Below, in pieces: positions 45,663 through 52,882 of a stretch of DNA of 58,845 nucleotides; within the stretch, counting starts at the first letter, position 1; each line of letters opens with the position of its first letter. The notes beneath the pieces are model-generated. The model saw only the letters and a program-made list of their open reading frames with translations, did not search any database and was not told where the DNA came from. The position numbers and the translations under genes are program-made. The stretch comes from Acidobacteriota bacterium. Its GTDB lineage: Bacteria > Acidobacteriota > Vicinamibacteria > Vicinamibacterales > 2-12-FULL-66-21. The stretch is from contig JBKPTT010000149.1 in NCBI GenBank assembly GCA_046735635.1, forward strand, positions 1 to 58,845. The letters run 5' to 3'.

Positions 45663-45973
45663 CGACCGATCAGCTCGCGCCGCTCGAACACAAGCTTGGT
45701 CGCTTGCTCGTGGCCGGGGTATTCGCGAGCGCGGCGTTTTTGGTCGCTGGGCTGTTGCTCTGGCTACGCGATTCCACCGGATCGGCAGCGGCATGGTTGC
45801 TCAACGCGGGGCTCGTGACGCTCATGGCGACGCCCATTCTGCGCGTCGTCGTCTCGGTCACGGAATATGTGAGGCTTCGTCAGTGGTTTTTCGTGGCCGT
45901 CACGATCGTCGTCCTGGCGGAATTGACGGTCACGGTCTGGGCCGCGCTCTACAGGATTTCGCGCTCACCGTAA
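45659..45973 (+). CDS. DUF1634 membrane protein
   Basis: GTG 45659 overlaps the TauE TGA (GTGA). VTTDQLAPLEHKLGRLLVAGVFASAAFLVAGLLLW... with 3 TM. Usual partner of TauE. Confidence 0.7.
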   Translation: MTTDQLAPLEHKLGRLLVAGVFASAAFLVAGLLLWLRDSTGSAAAWLLNAGLVTLMATPILRVVVSVTEYVRLRQWFFVAVTIVVLAELTVTVWAALYRISRSP

Positions 45974-46998
45974 GCTTCGGGACTGGACGGAATCGCTCCC
46001 TCCTTCATCTCGGCGGTGACTTCTTTGAGCCGCTCGTCGGTCACCGCACGCATTTTCTGGAGCAGATCGGCGATCCGCTGGGCCTGAAAAACGACGGTGG
46101 CGAGGTCGCGGTGCAGGTTTGGATCCGGATAGCCGTGCTCAATGAGATCGCAGTGTCCCACGATCGTCTGAAGCGCGCCGTTGATCTCGGAGGCGATCGA
46201 TAAAGTCACCTCGGTCATCGTCTCCATCGAACGGTGTTTGCCCACCGCAATCTGCAGCTGCTGTGCGACGTACGCAATCGCAAAAATCTCGGCGATTGGC
46301 GTCAGCGCGTCGATGTGCTGCTGCTGAAACGCGTGCTTTCGCCGTGAAGCGACGTTCAACGTACCGACAACGCGTCCCTTCGCGACGAGTGGGAGGAGCA
46401 AGGCAGACAACAATCCGGAACTGTGCAGCACGTTGACGTCGAGCAGGTCAGGGGCACTCTCGCCGGTGTCGGCCAGGTTCAGCGGCTCGCGAGAGCGCAC
46501 GACGATGCCGAGAGCGGTGCGTTCTGTTTTGAAAACGACGTCGGGCCGGGGACGTGTGCGGCGCTCCTCCTCATCGGCCCGTGCCGTGTAGGTCTGAAAC
46601 TCCCGGCCATTGTCCGAGAGCAGTGCGAGCCCAACGCGGTCGCAAGGCACAACTCGGACGATGCGCTGCGCCAGTGCCTGGAACGCAAGCGGCACGTCGA
46701 CCGAGCGCGTGATGATTTCGAGAATGGCGTTCCACGTCTCGAGCTGCTCCACCTGGCTGACAGCCTCCGACCGGATGTGCTCCTCGCGGGAAAGCGTGCG
46801 CGCGAGTCCGCCAATCCGACGCGTGGAAACGACCGCAAGGATAATCGTCACGGCCCATGCCGCCACGACCTGCACGAGCACCAGTGGCCGGCGCGGCATT
46901 CCCCCCGCCATGGTCCAGGCGACAGCCTCGACGACGGCGAAGAGGGCGACGAGACCCCAGATGCCCAGAACTGCCGCGCGCGGGTGCCGCAACTTCAT
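45949..46998 (-). CDS. membrane-anchored GAF-domain protein with a degenerate HisKA/DHp-like helix and no ATPase domain
   Basis: 349 aa. 2 TM (AAVLGIWGLVALFAVVEAV; LVLVQVVAAWAVTIILAVV), a GAF-like core, then LSIASEINGALQTIVGHCDL where HisKA has (A/S)HE(I/L)xxPL: Ser replaces the phospho-His. The ORF ends without a HATPase_c domain. Its ATG overlaps the methylase TGA (ATGA at 46995-46998). Confidence 0.7.
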   Translation of the reverse strand: MKLRHPRAAVLGIWGLVALFAVVEAVAWTMAGGMPRRPLVLVQVVAAWAVTIILAVVSTRRIGGLARTLSREEHIRSEAVSQVEQLETWNAILEIITRSVDVPLAFQALAQRIVRVVPCDRVGLALLSDNGREFQTYTARADEEERRTRPRPDVVFKTERTALGIVVRSREPLNLADTGESAPDLLDVNVLHSSGLLSALLLPLVAKGRVVGTLNVASRRKHAFQQQHIDALTPIAEIFAIAYVAQQLQIAVGKHRSMETMTEVTLSIASEINGALQTIVGHCDLIEHGYPDPNLHRDLATVVFQAQRIADLLQKMRAVTDERLKEVTAEMKEGAIPSSPEAYGEREIL

Positions 46999-49900
46999 CG
47001 CAGAAGGCCAGTATATGGCGGATGAGACCCTTGAATTCCGACGAGCGCATCGAGCGCGTGGTCGCGTTCCGCTGCTGGTACGAGCGGAAATGAATCGAGG
47101 ATGTGGCGGAACTCGTCGGTCGAGCAGCCGTAGAGCCAGGCGACGAGTGCCTGTAGACGTGCTTCATCGTCGTCGTTGCGCGTTTCTGAGAGCGCGCGGC
47201 TCAGCTCTACGATCGCGGCATACGGCTGCGAGTCGCGCGGCGGGCGTGGAACCGGCAGCCGCTGGATGATCGCGACCGTCACGTGAGTGTTCACGCGCAG
47301 CCGAACCAGGTAGTTGGCGACGAAACTGTTGAACACGCCGCACAGAAAGTACTGGACGTCCAGATCGACTGGAGATTTGAGGCAGAACACGGTGTGTGTC
47401 GACACCGTGCCCGCCGGAAGAATTGCGGCAATGAGCGTGAGGCGATTGGACGCCGACGCCACATCGCGATACGCGAGCCGCGGCCGTTTGAACCTCATTC
47501 CTAACAGCCGTTCCGCCGTGGCCCGGCGGATTGAGTGAGTGCTTGCCGCCAGATCCACGGCAAAGGGCGAGATCTGCTTGCCTTCAACTACTGGGCACGT
47601 GTTTGCGCGTCGGGAACCAGCAACGAAGTGGCGGCGATCGTCGGTGGCGTTGAGCTCGCGACCGAATGTGACGTTCCACCCCCGCTCGCTCGTCACGGCA
47701 GACACCGACTCGACGATCCGCGAGAGGATTGCGAGATCTGTCCGCGTCCGCAGCTCCGGGATCGCATTCTGATCGCCCGAGAACTCGCGTAAGAGGCCGC
47801 GCGGAATTGGAACGACCCCGGCGTCGTCGCCATCCGGCAGTCGTTCCAGTTCCACCGGGGTGCGAATGCCGGCCCGCGCCGGAACCGCCCTGGTGCTCAT
47901 CCCGCGGGTGGCCGTGAGCAGCACGAATTTCAGTCCTCGATGGACCGGAAACAGACCATCGTGGTTCGCGACCGTCACGAACGTGTCGATTCCCGTCGAG
48001 TCGAGAAACGCACCGCGCAGCAGAGCGCATCCATGATCGATCGCGAAGCCTGACGGCAGAATCAGGCCGACGCGGCCGCCAATCTTCAGAAGCGCGAGGG
48101 CGCGCTCGGCGAACAACTGAAACAGGTTGGCGTGGCCGCGGCCCTGAAACCGGTACACGCCTGATTCACGGGCAAATGCCGTCAACCTTCCGGCATCGCT
48201 CGATTCGCCGCGATCGCCGCGCAGCATCTCCCATGGGGGATTGCCCAGGACCGCGTCGAAGCCGGGCGAGCCAAGTGAACGCCCATCGGGGTCAAAGAAG
48301 ACCTCGGGAAATTCCAGCGGCCAATGAAAGAAACGTTCGCGGTGGGACACGCTTGCGCATTCATCGAGAAACGACTTCGCGGTCCCGGCGGGAAGGCGCG
48401 GCCCGGCTCGCCCCAGCACGCCATCGAGGAGCGCGCCAAACATACCTGACGTCAGAGGACGACCGTCGCGGAACCACTCCGCACACCACAGGTCTGAGAT
48501 GGTTTTCCACGCCGCGAGTCGAGGCTCGGCGTGAAGCGTCCGTAACAGATCTTCTTTCGCGCGGACCTGCGCGACAGTGTCGCCCGGATCCATTGCCAAC
48601 GACACACGCCCGGCGACGACCGATTGCATGATCCGATCGAGCATCTCGACATCGAATAACGGCAAAGTGGCTTGCGGCCGGCGGCCGCGCATCGGAGGCT
48701 GCCGAGCGATGTCGGTCGGCGAAGCTCCGGCGATGCTGTTGCCGGCGAGCAGGTGGTGATCGAGAAAGGTGAGCGGGCGATCCGCGGCAAGAGTCGCAAG
48801 CCATAGCGACAGGCGCCCGAGCTGCACGGCCATGGGGTTGACATCCACACCATACAGGCACCGCTGCGCGATGAGGCGCCTGAAGCCCGCGCGATCCGAC
48901 TCGAGCACGTCAAAGCTCGAAATGGCGTCCTCGCGAAGCAGCGCTGCTTCATACGCAGAAGCCAGATACCGGCACGCCGCGACCAGGAAGGCACCGCTGC
49001 CCATGGCAGGGTCGACAATCCGAAGCGACAGGATTTCGGTCGGCGTCGCGCGAGCAACGAGGGGAGCGAGCGTCCTCCGAACGAGGAAATCGGTGAGCGT
49101 CCGGGGCGTGTAGAACGTTCCGGTCGCCTTCCGGCGTCCGGAGCGGACGAGCGTCAGCGTCCCGCGGTCTCCCTCAACAGCCGCAGGAGCGTAGTCGAGG
49201 ATGCGTTCGTACACTCCGCCGAGTTGTTCCACGCCGAGGTCCGCGTACGCAATGGGGAGCCGTCCGTGTGCACTGGTTCGCGTGGTCAGCGCGAGCATCG
49301 CCTCCCTGACCGCTGCGTCATCGAGCCGCACCGATTCTGCGAGCGGCGCGCCCAGCGGCGAAAACAACCGCCCATTGAACGCAGGAACGCGAAGCGTACC
49401 CGCGTGGCAGCCGTCGTGTGCGAGGCGCGCGATGGCCTGAAGCGCCTCCCACAGCCCCAGTGGCCGTCCCGATCGTGTCAGTGGTTCGCGAAGCGACTCG
49501 ATCGTGTAGCTCTCGCGAAACACCGGGTGCCAGGTCGGCACCAGTCCGCGTGCTTCGGCGAAGAGAAGGAACAGCATGCGGTAGATGACGACCAGCGACT
49601 CTTCCAGCAGCACGGCGGGCCGCGTCGTTCGGGGCCGCCCTAGCCGAGCGGTCGCGAATGCCGAGAGTAGAGCCTGTAGTGCCTCGAGCACTCCGTCCTG
49701 GAGGCACGCGCGCACCTCGGCTCTGAAGCGTTCCGATGCGAGCACGGCACGATCCAGCGCGGGGACCGGTGTCGCTGAGAGACGCTCCGACGCGAGCAGC
49801 CCCCGCAGCGCCGCTCCGGTCGAGGGCTCTCGACGAGCGATGTCCAAATCGAACTGAACGTATCGCCGCGAATACGTGCGAAGCGCATCGACGACGCGCA

Positions 49901-50276
49901 GCAGCGGCCCTGTGATGCAGAAGCACCACCGAATGCCACAGGCAATCCCAAGCCGCACGCTGTCATTCCAGACGGCCGCGGGGTCCCATCCCCAGGGCGT
50001 GACGACCAGAACACCACACGTGTGGCCGTCCGCCACCAATTGCGCGTGGATGGCACCGACATCTTCTCCCAATGGGATTACCGTATGCCCCAGGCTCTCC
50101 AGGAGTGGAACGGCCAGCCGATCGAATACAGCGCGCGCGCTGCTCGCGGGCCCAAGCTCCGACTCCAATCTCGACCGCCATCCAGCGGCTCCTCGCGAAA
50201 GCGTGCCGCGATCGCTGAGGAATTCCGCGGCGACGACGTCATGCGACAACAGCGATCCCGTGAGGCCCGGGATCAC
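46995..50276 (-). CDS. PglX/MmeI-like gamma-class N6-adenine DNA methyltransferase with C-terminal TRD-like region (about 1093 aa)
   Basis: FAEARGLVP...AFNGRLF helical region, GTFYTPR, motif I DPAMGSGAF (48993-49013), FHWPLEFPEVF, motif IV NPPW (48231-48242), TaqI-C-like tail. Start set at GTG 50276, which overlaps the helicase TGA. Confidence 0.85.
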   Translation of the reverse strand: MIPGLTGSLLSHDVVAAEFLSDRGTLSRGAAGWRSRLESELGPASSARAVFDRLAVPLLESLGHTVIPLGEDVGAIHAQLVADGHTCGVLVVTPWGWDPAAVWNDSVRLGIACGIRWCFCITGPLLRVVDALRTYSRRYVQFDLDIARREPSTGAALRGLLASERLSATPVPALDRAVLASERFRAEVRACLQDGVLEALQALLSAFATARLGRPRTTRPAVLLEESLVVIYRMLFLLFAEARGLVPTWHPVFRESYTIESLREPLTRSGRPLGLWEALQAIARLAHDGCHAGTLRVPAFNGRLFSPLGAPLAESVRLDDAAVREAMLALTTRTSAHGRLPIAYADLGVEQLGGVYERILDYAPAAVEGDRGTLTLVRSGRRKATGTFYTPRTLTDFLVRRTLAPLVARATPTEILSLRIVDPAMGSGAFLVAACRYLASAYEAALLREDAISSFDVLESDRAGFRRLIAQRCLYGVDVNPMAVQLGRLSLWLATLAADRPLTFLDHHLLAGNSIAGASPTDIARQPPMRGRRPQATLPLFDVEMLDRIMQSVVAGRVSLAMDPGDTVAQVRAKEDLLRTLHAEPRLAAWKTISDLWCAEWFRDGRPLTSGMFGALLDGVLGRAGPRLPAGTAKSFLDECASVSHRERFFHWPLEFPEVFFDPDGRSLGSPGFDAVLGNPPWEMLRGDRGESSDAGRLTAFARESGVYRFQGRGHANLFQLFAERALALLKIGGRVGLILPSGFAIDHGCALLRGAFLDSTGIDTFVTVANHDGLFPVHRGLKFVLLTATRGMSTRAVPARAGIRTPVELERLPDGDDAGVVPIPRGLLREFSGDQNAIPELRTRTDLAILSRIVESVSAVTSERGWNVTFGRELNATDDRRHFVAGSRRANTCPVVEGKQISPFAVDLAASTHSIRRATAERLLGMRFKRPRLAYRDVASASNRLTLIAAILPAGTVSTHTVFCLKSPVDLDVQYFLCGVFNSFVANYLVRLRVNTHVTVAIIQRLPVPRPPRDSQPYAAIVELSRALSETRNDDDEARLQALVAWLYGCSTDEFRHILDSFPLVPAAERDHALDALVGIQGSHPPYTGLLR

Positions 50277-52744
50277 TCGGTGTTCTCCGCGTGCGCGACG
50301 AGAACCGCGCACAAACGAGCGGACGGTTGCAAGTGAGCCGACGACGAGAGCCTCTTGAGGTAGTTGTTCGCGTCGTTGAGCAGCAACGTCGCGACGCGCT
50401 TGCGCGCCGACAAGGTCCGGACCGTCCGCTGATCGAAAAGCCCGGGCTGCACGAGCTGTCGGGCGGCAGAGGGCAGCGCACGAAGGATCGCCTGTTCGCG
50501 TCCGGCGAGCCGTTCCGCTGCCTGCCGGTACCGCATGGCAATCTCGGAGAGCTGTGCGCCGCAATGCTGCAACAGCACTCCGCGAATGTGCTCGTCTATG
50601 GCAGTTGGAAGGGTGCTGAGTAATCTGACGGGATGCTGCGCCTGCCCACCGTGGGCCTCTGCATCGATCGCGCAGCGTGCCACCGCAATCTCGCGATGCG
50701 GGCGATTGCCGTCCGGCGTCTCGAGCGAGATCTCGTACACGGCGAATACGCCAGGATCGACGTGTCGTGACCTTTCAATAAACGTCACGACGACAGAGGT
50801 GGGGCTCCTGGAGATCGCGTGCCGGCGCAGCTCCATCAGGCGCTCCGCCTCGCGCGCCGCTTCTTCACGGAGGCCGGGCGGCGGGTCGGAGAAGCCCGCA
50901 GCCACCGTTTCTGGTGCCATCGCGCGGACCGGCTGTCGGTCAAGCACCGCTGCCGCGACCTGGGACTCGGTGACCGCATCCACCAGAAAGGCGTTGTCTC
51001 CGAGCAACGACTGGGAACGCGTCATGCGCTCGACCAGTGGCGCGAGCACGAGCCGTTCAGCCGTGTCGCGAGCGACTAGTAACAACTCGTGGACGCGAGT
51101 AGCCTGTCCGATTCGATCCACCCGGCCGGCACGTTGCTCCAACCGTGCCGGGCTCCACGGCAACTCGAAATGGATCACTATGCGGCATCGCTCGTGCAGA
51201 TTGAGGCCTTCGGCGGCGGCATCGGTCGCGAGCAGGAGCGAGGAGCGGGTGTTGAACGCTTCTTGCGCGCATGCCCGCTCTCGGAGGTCCATCCCTCCGT
51301 GAAGGACCAGCAGGTTCGGCTGTACCGCGGACAACTCGCGGCGGAGCCGCTCCAACGTGTCCCGGTATTCGGTGAAGACGATTGCCGGCTCGCGCAGCCG
51401 CCCAAGCAGCCGTCGTAAGAACCGCGTCTTCGATTCGCAAAGCCGCGCGCGCCGCGCCGCCCGCAAGATCTTGCCGAGCACTCTGCGCTCCTCGCGCGGG
51501 TTGGCAAGCCCGGGTGTTCGGAGAACCGACCCGGGTTCGGCGTCCGCGAGCGCGTCTTCGTCTTCGAGCGGAAGCGAGGGTTGAAATTGAAAGGCTTCGC
51601 CGCTGTCGGCGCGGCCCGCGAGCAGCTCGAGGCGCCGCAGGATCGACGATGCCAAAGAGCCAGCACTCGACAGCGCACGTTTTCTGAGAACTACGGCTAC
51701 CAGCCTCACGTGCTGGTCACTCCTCGCGTGTGCTTCGCGGCACAAGCGTGCCGTGTAATCTTCGAGCCGGCGGTGCATGCAGCGTTCGGCCGGCGTCAGC
51801 CTGACAGCGGCAACACGCCTTCGCCGTGTCAGGTGCGGCATCACCTCGGACCGGCGACGCCGGAACATGACGATCTGCGGCGCGTCGGAGTCGGTCGCGC
51901 CCAACCTGCACATCGCGTTGAACTGTTCGGCGTCGCCGGCGTGCGGGGTGGCGGTCAACAGGATGACTCGGCGAGCGCGCGATGCGACTGCGTGAACCGC
52001 GGCACGCCGTGCGGTTCCGAGCGCCGCCTGGTGCGCTTCGTCCACGACGACCGCATCCCAGGTGACCTCTTCCAGCGGCCGGAGAACCTCTGGGCGTTTG
52101 ATCAAATCGCACGACGCAACATAAATGCCGGGGAGCGCCCACGGATTCACGTCAATCGGGAGCTCCGACGCTGCGCGCGCCAGCCAACGTGAGCCGGCGT
52201 CGATCGACGGGAGACGAAAATGAGTGGCGAGCTGCCGGACCCACTGATCGCGAAGACCTGCCGGCACGATGACGAGGGCACGAATCTCGGAATGCTCCGA
52301 CGCGAGCTCGTTCAGGAGCAGGCTGGCCTGTATCGTCTTCCCGAGCCCTACGCCGTCGGCGATCATCACGCGCGTCACACCGTCGCGGCGCATCAGCAGC
52401 GCCGGCTCGAGCTGGTACGGCAGGATCGTCACGCGGCTGTCCCCGGCCGCAGTGAATCCGCCGGCCGGGGTCAACGCTGCAGCGAAGCCGCGGATTACTC
52501 GAATCCATGTGCCGGGAGGGACCACTCGAAACTCGCCACCGCGCGGCAAGGGTTTCGGCCGATCAAACGGCAGCAGGATGGTGCGGCACCCGCGGTTTCG
52601 TACGCTTTCCGGGCGCAGCCGCAGCGATTCACAATCGATGTAGCTGCAGCGTTCGACGAGGCTCCAGACGTGGCCGCGTACGAGCACGCGGCTGCCAGCA
52701 TGCCAGATGCGAGGTGTGTGCCCCATGCCTGGACGGCATGGCAA
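50273..52744 (-). CDS. SNF2/RapA-like SF2 ATPase (helicase-like translocase)
   Basis: 823 aa. ADGVGLGKT (52334-52360), DEAH (52031-52042), LLTATPH, helicase-C block LLATDAAAEGLNLH...ELPWSPARLEQRAGRVDRIGQ, and a C-terminal region of about 220 aa without a recognisable motif. Confidence 0.85.
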   Translation of the reverse strand: MPCRPGMGHTPRIWHAGSRVLVRGHVWSLVERCSYIDCESLRLRPESVRNRGCRTILLPFDRPKPLPRGGEFRVVPPGTWIRVIRGFAAALTPAGGFTAAGDSRVTILPYQLEPALLMRRDGVTRVMIADGVGLGKTIQASLLLNELASEHSEIRALVIVPAGLRDQWVRQLATHFRLPSIDAGSRWLARAASELPIDVNPWALPGIYVASCDLIKRPEVLRPLEEVTWDAVVVDEAHQAALGTARRAAVHAVASRARRVILLTATPHAGDAEQFNAMCRLGATDSDAPQIVMFRRRRSEVMPHLTRRRRVAAVRLTPAERCMHRRLEDYTARLCREAHARSDQHVRLVAVVLRKRALSSAGSLASSILRRLELLAGRADSGEAFQFQPSLPLEDEDALADAEPGSVLRTPGLANPREERRVLGKILRAARRARLCESKTRFLRRLLGRLREPAIVFTEYRDTLERLRRELSAVQPNLLVLHGGMDLRERACAQEAFNTRSSLLLATDAAAEGLNLHERCRIVIHFELPWSPARLEQRAGRVDRIGQATRVHELLLVARDTAERLVLAPLVERMTRSQSLLGDNAFLVDAVTESQVAAAVLDRQPVRAMAPETVAAGFSDPPPGLREEAAREAERLMELRRHAISRSPTSVVVTFIERSRHVDPGVFAVYEISLETPDGNRPHREIAVARCAIDAEAHGGQAQHPVRLLSTLPTAIDEHIRGVLLQHCGAQLSEIAMRYRQAAERLAGREQAILRALPSAARQLVQPGLFDQRTVRTLSARKRVATLLLNDANNYLKRLSSSAHLQPSARLCAVLVAHAENTE

Positions 52745-52882
52745 CGCGGGTGCCGTGTTGCGTCCGTGCGAGCGTACGGTGGCTGAAGTCGTGCGTGCAG
52801 AACGAACTGCGGACGGACGAGCGCTTCGGTCGTGTTCCCGTCGATAACCTGCGCGGCGGGCTTCCTTTCAGAATCTGCGCGT

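Noticed and set aside
50277-50564. 96-aa 5' extension of the methyltransferase ORF overlapping the SNF2 gene by 290 nt
   Set aside because: The extension is Arg-rich. GTG 50276 forms a classic GTGA stop-start overlap with the helicase and opens directly into conserved sequence.
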